Counted from the first letter of the stretch, positions 33,375 through 42,014 are shown. The stretch: 64,000 bases of DNA from Anaerolineaceae bacterium (GCA_035342915.1 DAOQYB010000012.1:1479-65478); one strand, 5' to 3'. Notes: a model not told the origin generated them from the sequence alone. A program made the numbers and translations.

Positions 33375-34232
33375 TTATCCTTCCCGCGCGCCTGAGCGGG
33401 CGGCGGTGCGTTTAAGGACGAGGTCGGTTAGTTCAGCGTATTCTCGCGTGGGGCGGGAACTGGATACGATATTCTGGCTGCCGGGATTGCGCGGCGGGCG
33501 GTACGTGAACACGTCCATGTGGCTGGAGTGCGCGTACGCCAGGTCGGAGGATTTGTGGATGGCCGGCAGCAGCAGCTTCTTGTAGCGTTTCTTCATTTCC
33601 TCCAGGATCTCACGGGTTTCACTGCGTTGTTCCTCGCACAGGGTGGGCAGGTAGCCGAATATATTGAGATCCGGTTTGAAATGGGTTTGCACCTGCTCGA
33701 TGGTGCGCTGCAGCTCGATGAGCCCTGAAACGCCCAGGTAGGAGGTTTCTACCGGGATGATGACGTGATCGGCAGCGACCAGCGCGTTGATCAGCAGGTC
33801 GCCGGTGGTGGGGGGCGTATCGATGATGATGTAGGCGTACTCCTGCTGTACAACTGACAGCGCGCGCTGCAGGCGGGTCTCGTTGGCCATCAATACGGGC
33901 AGTTCACGGGCGGCGCGCACCATGGCGGCGCGTTCCGACGGGACGAAGAACAGGTTAGGGTGGAAGTCGCTGCGCTGGATGAGACGTTGAATGGAGGGCG
34001 GAGGGGTTTCGGTGAGCAGCGACGCCAGCGAGACGGAGGGGGTATCCGCGTGCTTTTCAAAAGCCACCGCTAACAGCGCGTGCACCTGGGGATCCATATC
34101 CACCAGCAGTACGCGGCCGCGCTCATCCTCGCGGTCTGAAAGGCGCAGCGCCAGCCCGGCAGCCAGGTTAACCGCGGTGGTCGTCTTGCCGACACCGCCT
34201 TTTTCATTCGCGATCGTGATAGTGATGGCCAT
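33375..34232 (-). CDS. parA: ParA/Soj-family partition ATPase
   Basis: IANEKGGVGKTTTAVNLA, LLVDMDPQ, YIIIDTPP. Confidence 0.9.
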   Translation of the reverse strand: MAITITIANEKGGVGKTTTAVNLAAGLALRLSDREDERGRVLLVDMDPQVHALLAVAFEKHADTPSVSLASLLTETPPPSIQRLIQRSDFHPNLFFVPSERAAMVRAARELPVLMANETRLQRALSVVQQEYAYIIIDTPPTTGDLLINALVAADHVIIPVETSYLGVSGLIELQRTIEQVQTHFKPDLNIFGYLPTLCEEQRSETREILEEMKKRYKKLLLPAIHKSSDLAYAHSSHMDVFTYRPPRNPGSQNIVSSSRPTREYAELTDLVLKRTAARSGAREG

Positions 34233-34280
34233 TTTTCTTGCCCGTCCGTGCGGGTTAAAGCATACCCCGCAAGCAAATTA

Positions 34281-34363
34281 TACACAATTTATTTTTTTCC
34301 ATGTTAGCATAAAATAGTGTAAACTACAACTAATTGCGTTAATTATCTGCGAAATGGTGTAAA
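34281..34363. promoter_or_regulatory. GTGTA(A/T)A half-sites in the AT-rich divergent promoter region
   Basis: AATAGTGTAAACT (GTGTAAA 34317-34323) and AATGGTGTAAAAT (34357-34363) are direct and 40 bp apart. TTATACACAA (34279-34288) is the inverted copy. They share the half-site of the 32152-32207 palindromes. Confidence 0.4.
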
Positions 34364-34429
34364 ATAGCCTAAATCTCTTGATTTCAGCCCGATTTCGTGC
34401 GATAATTGTTGAGATAACGGAGGTTATCC

Positions 34430-35248
34430 ATGGGCGATGTGATGAATGATGATGAATGGCGGCAGGTACGGCTGGACCGGTTGGGGTTAAAGGAAGATCC
34501 TTTCACGCTGTCGGCCGATCCGCGCTACCTGTATCTTGGACCTGAGCACCTGGCGGTTTACCGGCAGGCGCAGGGAGTCATCTCGCGGCGGCGCGGGCTG
34601 GCGCTCATCACCGGGGATATGGGTATGGGTAAGAGTTCCCTCGCCCGGCGGCTGTACGATGTTTACGCCTCGGAGGATATGGTGGATATCTGCTATATCC
34701 ACACCGCGGCTTTCAAATCTGCCATGGACGCGGCGCGCCAGATCTCTGAAACGCTGGGCATGCCGCGGCTGCGCTCCTTCCAGCTGCAGATGGAAGCGCT
34801 GGAAAAGTTCATGGCCGGCGCCTACACCGCCAACCACAACGTGGTGGTGCTGCTGGATGACGCGCAGTTGATGGAACCCGAAGCGCTGGAGGTGCTGCAC
34901 CGCCTTTACAACTTTGATTACGACGCCAAGGTGGCGCAGGTGCTGGCCTTCGGCCAATCGGAGATGTCGGGGCTCTTCGAACTTAACAAGGCGGTGAACT
35001 CGCGCGTTTTCGTGCGCCTGGCACTGCCTCCACTGACCCTTTCCTCAGCGCTGCAGATGGTGCTCTTCCGCCTCAGCGTCGCCGGGCGTTCAACACCGCT
35101 CATCAATGATGATGCTTTCGAGGTGCTGTACGAAAAATCACAGGGCGTGCCGCGCGAGATCATCCGTTTATGCGCGCTTTCGATGGACCAATTGCTGGAA
35201 AGCGACGAATCCATGATCAATCTCGAAATCGCTCGAAAGGTGAACTGA
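34430..35248 (+). CDS. AAA+ ATPase, ExeA/AAA_22 (ORC/TniB-like) type
   Basis: GLKEDPFTLSADPRYLYLGPEHLAVY...LALITGDMGMGKSSLARRL (Walker A), VVVLLDDAQ (Walker B). GGAGG RBS. Confidence 0.8.
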   Translation: MGDVMNDDEWRQVRLDRLGLKEDPFTLSADPRYLYLGPEHLAVYRQAQGVISRRRGLALITGDMGMGKSSLARRLYDVYASEDMVDICYIHTAAFKSAMDAARQISETLGMPRLRSFQLQMEALEKFMAGAYTANHNVVVLLDDAQLMEPEALEVLHRLYNFDYDAKVAQVLAFGQSEMSGLFELNKAVNSRVFVRLALPPLTLSSALQMVLFRLSVAGRSTPLINDDAFEVLYEKSQGVPREIIRLCALSMDQLLESDESMINLEIARKVN

Positions 35249-35250
35249 TT

Positions 35251-35580
35251 ATGGCTGCCATACAGAATCCGAACCGGAATGCCTGGGTACAGCTGTACGA
35301 AGCCCGGCGCATTCCCAGCGAACCCGAGGGGCGCTCTCCGGGCCGGCCGCCGGGCATCGTGCCGCGCCGCAAGGTGGGAATGACGCTTTCTCAGGGGGAG
35401 ATCACTGAACTGGAAAACTGGCGCGAACGCCTTTCGGGGCTGCTGCGGCGCTCCGTTTCAGCCGGCGAAACCATCGGCGTACTGACACGCATCTGCACCA
35501 CGCGTTACGGGCGGCTGCAGGACCCGGAAGGGATCGAGTCCCTCGCACAACTGGTCGAAAAACTGATAGGTGAGGAATGA
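35251..35580 (+). CDS. hypothetical protein (109 aa)
   Basis: ATG 3 nt after the AAA+ stop. Basic, Pro/Arg-rich N-terminal half and helical C-terminal half. No family recognised. Confidence 0.55.
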   Translation: MAAIQNPNRNAWVQLYEARRIPSEPEGRSPGRPPGIVPRRKVGMTLSQGEITELENWRERLSGLLRRSVSAGETIGVLTRICTTRYGRLQDPEGIESLAQLVEKLIGEE

Positions 35581-35664
35581 ATAAATTCTTCCATAAACCC
35601 TCACAATTAATGGTAGAAAAAACCCTTAAGGGTTTACGAAAGTCGTACCTACAGCAAAACGGGC

Positions 35665-35693
35665 TTGATAAAATAGAATATATGTTCTATAAT
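35665..35693 (+). promoter_or_regulatory. sigma70-like promoter TTGATA-N17-TATAAT with embedded palindrome
   Basis: TTGATA (35665-35670), 17-nt spacer, TATAAT (35688-35693). The spacer/-10 region contains ATAGAATATATGTTCTAT, a 16/18 palindrome. Confidence 0.6.
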
Positions 35694-35742
35694 ATTGAAC
35701 ATGAAATTGCGCACGACGCAAAGCCGGTGATCGGATAAATAA

Positions 35743-36633
35743 ATGGATAAAGGGATCAAGGGACAGTCACTCGGGGTGGACAAGCCGGATTACCAGCAGG
35801 CCTGGGAAATAGTGCTTGGAGAGCTGCGCACTGAAATGTCGCGCGCACTTTATGAAACCTGGGTGCAGCCCTTGAAGGCGGTCGGATTCGAAAACGGGAC
35901 CTTTACCGTGGGCGCTTACAACGCTTACGGGCGCGACTGGGTGGAGGAACGCCTGGGGGCGCGCATCACCCGGCTGCTGGAAGGCATGTACGCCGAACCG
36001 GTCAAATTCAATGTGATGGTCGCGAACGGGTTCTACCGCCCGGGGGAGGGGAGCAAACCCATCAAGAAAACCATTCCGCAGAACCTGGCGCAGGATACTG
36101 CGCGTGAAACGGGTGTGAACGAAGCCGAGGAGATTGCCACATCGAAAGACGATGAGCTGGCGGGGTCGGGGCGTTCGCGCAAGGTGATGCTGCAGCGGGC
36201 TTACGGCAGTGAACGCGCCAAGCTCATCCAGCCGGAGCGCGGCATGTTCGTGACCGGTTATCTCTTCAACAACTGGCTGCCGCTGCTGGGGCATTCAGCC
36301 TTCACCATCATCATGGCGGCGCGCGCGATGTGCTACTGGAACCCGATGACCGGTGAACTGCGCAACGTGGTAGAGACGGAGATGGGCGAGCTGGCCGAAC
36401 ACGCGGCGGTTTCGGTGCGCACGGTCAAAGATGTGCTCAACGCCGAACTGGTGCAGCGTTACTTTCTGCGTTACCGTGTACGCCGCGTGATGACCCCCAA
36501 CGGCGTGCGCACCGCCGGCATCTCGATGCAGGTGCGCATGGATGACCCCCTGACCCCGCTTGACCAGGTGAAGACCGGCCTGATGGAAGAGGAGGAGTGG
36601 TACCTGCCGGAGTTTTCGGGCGAAAAGGAATAG
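35743..36633 (+). CDS. DnaA-domain-I-like N-terminus + wHTH-like C-terminus protein (candidate replication initiator/regulator)
   Basis: AWEIVLGELRTEMSRALYETWVQPLKAVGFENGTFTVGAYNAYGRDWVEERLGARITRLL follows the DnaA_N pattern (W..vl..l......f.tWi.pl......l.l.vpn.f..dW). The C-terminal segment ELAEHAAVSVRTVKDVLNAELVQRYF looks like an HTH. Confidence 0.6.
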   Translation: MDKGIKGQSLGVDKPDYQQAWEIVLGELRTEMSRALYETWVQPLKAVGFENGTFTVGAYNAYGRDWVEERLGARITRLLEGMYAEPVKFNVMVANGFYRPGEGSKPIKKTIPQNLAQDTARETGVNEAEEIATSKDDELAGSGRSRKVMLQRAYGSERAKLIQPERGMFVTGYLFNNWLPLLGHSAFTIIMAARAMCYWNPMTGELRNVVETEMGELAEHAAVSVRTVKDVLNAELVQRYFLRYRVRRVMTPNGVRTAGISMQVRMDDPLTPLDQVKTGLMEEEEWYLPEFSGEKE

Positions 36634-36664
36634 CGCAAACCTGAAGGTTTATCAAGGAACTTTT

Positions 36665-36697
36665 ACGAATGCCGCTGAACGAAAGGGCGGCATTCGT
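36665..36697 (+). terminator. hairpin downstream of the 35743 gene (weak terminator candidate)
   Basis: ACGAATGCCG-13 nt-CGGCATTCGT. No clear T-tract. Confidence 0.4.
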
Positions 36698-36821
36698 GCG
36701 ATATTCTTAGAGACAACCGTAGCTTACGCTTAAAAACATATCTCAACTGCTGCGCAGCCCCATCGATCAATCATCGCGTACGCTCTCGTGTTCTGACCCC
36801 CCGGGTTCAAAGGAGGATGCC

Positions 36822-37688
36822 ATGCTTGAAAACAATCAACCGCGTCAAACCTTGCTGTCGCGCGTCCTGCTGACGGTGTTCTTCGCCACCGCCGGGTCGT
36901 TGCTGATCGTGGTCTTTTCTCCGTGGAATCCGTTGATCCAAAACAATGTGTGGGATTATCTCGGGCGCCTGGGGGCAATGCTGTTCTTTGGCATCCTTTA
37001 TCTTATGGCGCGCAGGATCGCTTCACTTACACGCTACTCATCTGTGGTATTCGGGCTGCTGGTATTGGCGGTGGTGGTAACGTTGGACTGGGTATTCGGT
37101 CTTTTTCTGATCCAACATATTGGGCTGCGAGCCGGTTCACCAGCACAAGCGGCGCTGGCCAAATTGAACGAGGTCTTCATTGTTGCAGCGGTCATCGTTC
37201 TCTTCACACATTGTTCAGGAGCGGGATTAGGATCGATCTACATGCACAAAGGCAGGCTTAAACAGGGGTTGTTAATCGGGGGGGCCTGCTTTCTTGTATT
37301 TATGATCGCCGGCATCCCGTTGGCCACCAGTTTGTTTCAGGGGAAAGACTTGAGTATCACGCGCGCGCTTCCCTGGTTGCCGTGGCTGCTGATCTGCGTT
37401 TTTTCAAACAGCGGGTTAGAAGAGTTGATGTTCCGGGGTCTCTTCTTGCGCAAGCTTGAACCCTTCCTGGGGAAGCTGTTTTCTAACATCCTTATCGCCG
37501 TAGTCTTCACACTGATACATTATGCCGCCTCTTACACAACAGACCAGATGATGTTCATGCTGATCCTTTTCCCGTTGGCAATACTGCTGGGCTACCTGGC
37601 GCAAAAGACGGACGCGCTGTGGGCTTCCATCCTGCTGCACGCCGGTATGGACATCCCGGTATTTTTGGCGATCTTCTCGAACTTATAG
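36822..37688 (+). CDS. CPBP family intramembrane glutamic endopeptidase (CAAX protease/Abi-like)
   Basis: GLEELMFRGLF (EExxxR), FTLIHY, LLHAGMD. AGGAGG RBS. Confidence 0.85.
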   Translation: MLENNQPRQTLLSRVLLTVFFATAGSLLIVVFSPWNPLIQNNVWDYLGRLGAMLFFGILYLMARRIASLTRYSSVVFGLLVLAVVVTLDWVFGLFLIQHIGLRAGSPAQAALAKLNEVFIVAAVIVLFTHCSGAGLGSIYMHKGRLKQGLLIGGACFLVFMIAGIPLATSLFQGKDLSITRALPWLPWLLICVFSNSGLEELMFRGLFLRKLEPFLGKLFSNILIAVVFTLIHYAASYTTDQMMFMLILFPLAILLGYLAQKTDALWASILLHAGMDIPVFLAIFSNL

Positions 37689-37715
37689 AAAAAGTATTGC
37701 GCGCAGGTATATTAA

Positions 37716-38393
37716 TTACGCGGCCCACATGAAGTAGAACCCCATCACGATTAACAGCACCCCGCTGACCTTGTTGATGGTATCAGACCATTTGCCGAAA
37801 GCGCGCAGGTTCTTCAATACGCCGGTAAAAGTGCCCACCAGTACCAGGGGCAGGCCGCAGCCCAGGGCGTACAGGAAGAGCAGCGCCGCGCCGTAGACCA
37901 CGCCGGATTGCTGCGCCATGACATAGGTGAGGATGACCGCCAGCACCGGGGTGGCGCACTGCGACACCACCAGCCCCGACACCAGCCCCAGCAAAAAGGC
38001 TCCCGGCAGGCCGCGCGCGTTCACGCGCTGACGAGGTGACTGCAGCCAGGCGGGCAGCTGGTATTGCAGCGCTCCCAGCATTTGCAGACCGATGAGGAAG
38101 CACACCACCGCCACGATGTAGTACCAGATGCGCGTACCGCCGCCGAGCAAACCGCCCAGCAGCGAAGCCAGCACTCCCAGCAGCGTGAAGGTGCCCGCCA
38201 GGCCCAACGCGAAGGAAAGCGAGATCCAGAAGGCGCGCCGCCGCGGCAGATCGCGCTCACCAGCCACCCAACCCATAATGAGGGGCACCATGGCCACGTT
38301 GCACGGACCGATGCCGGTGAGCAGCCCGCCCAAGAAAACCAGCAGGTAGCCAATGAGGGAGGAGGGCTGCAGCAGAGAAGGATCGATGTTTAT
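37716..38393 (-). CDS. ccdA: cytochrome c biogenesis protein CcdA (DsbD-like thiol:disulfide transporter)
   Basis: LLTGIGPCNVAMVPL and VVSQCATPVL Cys motifs. The track starts at TTG 38333. The in-frame upstream codons encode NIDPSLLQPSSLIGYLLVF, which completes the usual first TM helix, so I extend to ATA at 38393 (SD GGGAGG 6 nt upstream, ATAA overlap with the trx stop). Start is uncertain. Confidence 0.8.
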   Translation of the reverse strand: MNIDPSLLQPSSLIGYLLVFLGGLLTGIGPCNVAMVPLIMGWVAGERDLPRRRAFWISLSFALGLAGTFTLLGVLASLLGGLLGGGTRIWYYIVAVVCFLIGLQMLGALQYQLPAWLQSPRQRVNARGLPGAFLLGLVSGLVVSQCATPVLAVILTYVMAQQSGVVYGAALLFLYALGCGLPLVLVGTFTGVLKNLRAFGKWSDTINKVSGVLLIVMGFYFMWAA

Positions 38394-38845
38394 GGCGCGC
38401 CTCCCGCCAGTATGGTGAGTTCTGCGCGCAGCGCTTGCGGGCTGATCTCTCCCGCGACCAGTTTCTCGGCGCCACTGCTGTCAACGAAGAGCAGGGTAGG
38501 GGTGGTGATCACCCCGCTGGCGTCAACGAACGCCCGTTCACGGCCATTGGTCACGTCCAGGTCGAGAAGCGCAACCTTATCCTGGAATTCCGGGTATACC
38601 TGGTCGAGCGCGGTTTGCACCTGAGCGCAGGAACTGCAATCGGGCGAGTGGAAGTACACCACCAGCGGCTGCCCCGCGTTTTTGAGCGCTGCCACCCGGC
38701 CGGCTGCCGGTTCAAAGCCCAGCCACCGGCGCTCTGCGGCCGTGTTCTTGAGCAGCGCCACCAGCACCACAAAAAGGATCACCGCGAGGGTGATGAGCAG
38801 GGAGCGGGTTTTGAGGTTGGTCTGATGACTACCGGTAAGGCTCAT
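38390..38845 (-). CDS. membrane-anchored thioredoxin-fold protein
   Basis: N-terminal TM helix, then LVVYFHSPDCSSCAQ (CxxC). Confidence 0.85.
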   Translation of the reverse strand: MSLTGSHQTNLKTRSLLITLAVILFVVLVALLKNTAAERRWLGFEPAAGRVAALKNAGQPLVVYFHSPDCSSCAQVQTALDQVYPEFQDKVALLDLDVTNGRERAFVDASGVITTPTLLFVDSSGAEKLVAGEISPQALRAELTILAGGAP

Positions 38846-39058
38846 TGGAAGGTAATTTTACCTGAGAAAACAAAGGCAGCAACCGCGAGGAGGGGGATTG
38901 AGCCAGGCAGGTGAAGCTGACTGAAAAGAAAAGAGGAATTTCATCACTGAATATGAACGAAAATCAAGCATCTTGTTTATATTTGGGCAAGTTGTACAAT
39001 GAATTAGTCGCTCCTATCTACTGGTTGTATCACCAGGGATCAAACAGGAGGTAAAGAT

Positions 39059-39751
39059 ATGGATCAAAGCGAGAATAATGAGTTTACGGCCGCATCAACA
39101 AAGCCAGAAGTGACCGAACGACAGGCTGATGAAAAGCTCTGGGCATCGCACGGCGTGGAGGATGTGTATTTTCAGCGTGAAGCCCAGGTGACCTGGTGGA
39201 CGATACTGGGCGGCATCGCGGTGGGCGCCATTCTCACCAGGCTGGAATCGATCCCGGCAGCGCTTAAAGCCGGGCAGTGGTATGTGCTGCTGTACCTGCT
39301 GGCCACGCTGCTGATCATCATCAACTCCTGGGTGCAAACCACCTGGGGCAGCCTGGTGTTGCGCTGGCCGCTCTCCATCCCAACCGCCGTGTTCATCTCT
39401 ATCCAGGGCATATCCATGTCAGTGGCCGGGTTGAACGCATCCAAACCGGCTTTGTGGTACACAGCCATATCCGTTGTACTGGTGACCGCGGTGTTAAACC
39501 AGTGGTCATTTTCAAGAACGAACGCCTGGGCGAACCTGCCCGGGGAACTGGTGAAAAGGGCAAAGACAGGCATCCTGATTTATTGCTTTATGTGCATTTT
39601 CGCGGTCGCGTCGAGCGTTCTATTAGCGCTTACCGGCGGCAAGACCCTTGAAATGACCTGGGGGATCATCGCGCTGGTCGTGTCGATATTGGCGCTGGTT
39701 TGGCAGCACATTGGTATGAGCGCGGAAAAACGCATGATGGGAATCCCCTGA
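39059..39751 (+). CDS. multi-pass membrane protein; function unknown
   Basis: 230 aa, AGGAGG RBS, about 6 hydrophobic helices. Confidence 0.7.
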   Translation: MDQSENNEFTAASTKPEVTERQADEKLWASHGVEDVYFQREAQVTWWTILGGIAVGAILTRLESIPAALKAGQWYVLLYLLATLLIIINSWVQTTWGSLVLRWPLSIPTAVFISIQGISMSVAGLNASKPALWYTAISVVLVTAVLNQWSFSRTNAWANLPGELVKRAKTGILIYCFMCIFAVASSVLLALTGGKTLEMTWGIIALVVSILALVWQHIGMSAEKRMMGIP

Positions 39752-39775
39752 TCCAGATTAATTAAAAAGAGACGC

Positions 39776-40981
39776 TTAGAAGTTCATCCCGGCGATAGCG
39801 CCGCTGGCGAAGGCAAAGTGCAGGTTGTACCCGCCGCAGGGACCGGTGACATCCAGGATCTCGCCGGCCAGCTGCAGCCCCGGCACGACGCGCGAGCGCA
39901 TTGTGAGCGGGTCTACCTCGTTCACCGGCACACCACCGGCGCTTACCTGGCAGAAGTCAAATCCGCGCACGCCGGTGACGGTGAAGGGCAGGGCGGTGAG
40001 CAGCGCGATGAGGTAGGGCAGGGTTTTATCAGATACCTCGTTCATACGGATATCCGCTCTGAACCCCAGCCTTTCGAGCAATACGGGGGGCAGCCTGGGC
40101 GGCAGCACCGCGCCCAGCAGCACGCTGAGCGGGGCGGGGGAGGCGCGTTTTTCGCGCAGCAGGGCGCGCAGCGCGCCCTCAGCAGAGAAAAGCGGATTAA
40201 GCTCAAGACGCAGGGGGCGGCCCGGGCGGGCGGAGATGTGATGGCTCAGGTCCATCACCGCGGGACCGTTCAACCCCCAGGCGGTGAAGATCAGGTTGCC
40301 GGTGGTGCGCTCGATCAGCTGATCGCCGTCGTACAGGCTCACGGCGGCATCCAGGCGCACCCCCTGCAGCGCGCGCCAGGGGGTCATGTCGCAGGTGACC
40401 GGGGCGAGGGCCGGGCGCGTGGTGATGATGCTGTGCCCCAGCTGCCTGAGCATGGGAAAGAGCTGAGCGCGCGAACCCAGGGCGGGGTAGGCGGCGCCGC
40501 CAGCCGCCACCAGCAGCGACGCGCAGGTAAGCGGACGCTGGGTCTTGAAATTGAGCTCAAACCCGGCCGAAATATTGCGTATAGATGATACTTTATGATC
40601 CAGCAGCAGGCGCACACCGGTTTCGTCCAGGGCAGCGGCGAAAGCGTCTACCACCGTCTGCGCGGATTCAGAAAGCGGGTAACACCAGCCGTCGTGCGTG
40701 CAGTAGGTGAGCACGCCAATACCCTCAAGGAAAGCAATGAGTTCGTGGTAACCGAATCGCGCCAGCACCTGCTGCAGCCAGGCGGGATCGCCGGCAGCGT
40801 AGCGCGCAGGGTTGAGTTCGCGGTTGGTCAGATTGGCGCGCCCGGCGCCGCTGACCAGCAGCTTGCGCCCGACCGCGTGATTGCCATCGATCAGGGTTAC
40901 CTGTGCGCCGGCGCGCGCGGCGAAGAGCGCGGCGGTCATGCCGGCCGGCCCGGCGCCGATGATGGTGAGAGATTGGGTCAT
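39776..40981 (-). CDS. HI0933-family (BaiN/aminoacetone-oxidase-like) NAD(P)/FAD-dependent oxidoreductase
   Basis: LTIIGAGPAGMTAALFAARAG...GRKLLVSGAGRANLTN...C-terminal GGYNLHFAFASG. ATG at 40981 is preferred over the track TTG at 40999. Confidence 0.85.
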   Translation of the reverse strand: MTQSLTIIGAGPAGMTAALFAARAGAQVTLIDGNHAVGRKLLVSGAGRANLTNRELNPARYAAGDPAWLQQVLARFGYHELIAFLEGIGVLTYCTHDGWCYPLSESAQTVVDAFAAALDETGVRLLLDHKVSSIRNISAGFELNFKTQRPLTCASLLVAAGGAAYPALGSRAQLFPMLRQLGHSIITTRPALAPVTCDMTPWRALQGVRLDAAVSLYDGDQLIERTTGNLIFTAWGLNGPAVMDLSHHISARPGRPLRLELNPLFSAEGALRALLREKRASPAPLSVLLGAVLPPRLPPVLLERLGFRADIRMNEVSDKTLPYLIALLTALPFTVTGVRGFDFCQVSAGGVPVNEVDPLTMRSRVVPGLQLAGEILDVTGPCGGYNLHFAFASGAIAGMNF

Positions 40982-41307
40982 AAGCGTATTGTATCTCAAG
41001 TTCCATGAGCGATGGTCAGCCCGCGTGAACAGTGAACTGAGAGAGGTCGAAGAATCAAGGTGGTCTCATATCTATATTCGCATTAGTGTGGTCCAGGATC
41101 AACAACTTATGGATCTATTAATGGAACCTAATGTAGATATAATGAAAATTAAGAATCTCGACAGCGCCCAGGTGGCGAAGGAACCCGAGGAGTAATGTAA
41201 ACAGGTTCTTTTCCCACGCTCACCCACCGGTCAACCATATCTACGGGAGTTAAGCCAATATTCCGGTTGAATGCCTTGTTTCCAATAAATCAAAAGGAGT
41301 GAAAGCA

Positions 41308-41637
41308 ATGGATCTTTTGGGGATTACTAGTACCGTGGCAAGTTTGGAAAAATCAAAGCAGTTTTATGAAGAGATTCTGGGTTTTGAACCTGATACATTT
41401 CATGCACCAACGCACTGGCAATCCTATAAATGCCAGACAGGGGTGTTTTTTGCGATTGGAGAAGTCCCCGGTTCAACCGACGAGATTTCATTTGTGGTGG
41501 TGGATATTGAAAGCTTATGGGAACAGGTCAAAGATAAGGCGGATGTCGTGAACCCGTTGGAGAAAACACCCTGGGGAACATACCGTTTTGTGATCAAAGA
41601 CCCGGATGGTCATTTGCTGTCTTTTGGACAGAGGTAA
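41308..41637 (+). CDS. VOC (glyoxalase/bleomycin-resistance) family protein
   Basis: FYEEILGFE...FVIKDPDGHLLSF. AAGGAG 8 nt before ATG 41308 (track start is GTG 41299). Confidence 0.8.
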   Translation: MDLLGITSTVASLEKSKQFYEEILGFEPDTFHAPTHWQSYKCQTGVFFAIGEVPGSTDEISFVVVDIESLWEQVKDKADVVNPLEKTPWGTYRFVIKDPDGHLLSFGQR

Positions 41638-42014
41638 AGTAGTTCTAAAGGGTGGGCGTAGCGTACTAAGAGAAATGTTCGATATGAAGGAATCCTTTAT
41701 AGAAAAATTGAAGCGCAGCGAAAAAGAGTTCAGCCAGCCTTCATGGGCTTAGGGGGCCTGGATAGTTATAATTCGCCAGACTTGCGCATATAGCCAGCGC
41801 TGCTGAACACCGCGCCATTGGTGGTGAGTTTCCTGTTCATGAGGATCGGATAAAGTATCTCAAGCGCGGAGTAGTGATCACGGATCGGGGATATGGGGAT
41901 TAGGTACTTAGGAGGTATTTCTTCCTGGTTACCAATTACTTGTTACTGTTTACTATTTTCTATTCGAGATAAAGTAATGTAATAAAATTAATATATATTA
42001 GCAATATAATAAAG

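Noticed and set aside
34415-34430. DnaA-box-like sequences: TTATCCATG at the AAA+ gene RBS, and TTATCCATT / TTATCCGAT on the minus strand near 35725-35750.
   Set aside because: Only 6-7 of 9 positions match TTATCCACA, there are few copies, and they overlap RBS or start regions. That is too weak to call an oriC-type DnaA-box cluster.
40881-41195. 104-aa ORF extending from inside the HI0933-family gene into the AT-rich gap.
   Set aside because: Its first half is the shadow frame of a well-supported gene. The remainder is AT-rich with no RBS or recognisable motif.
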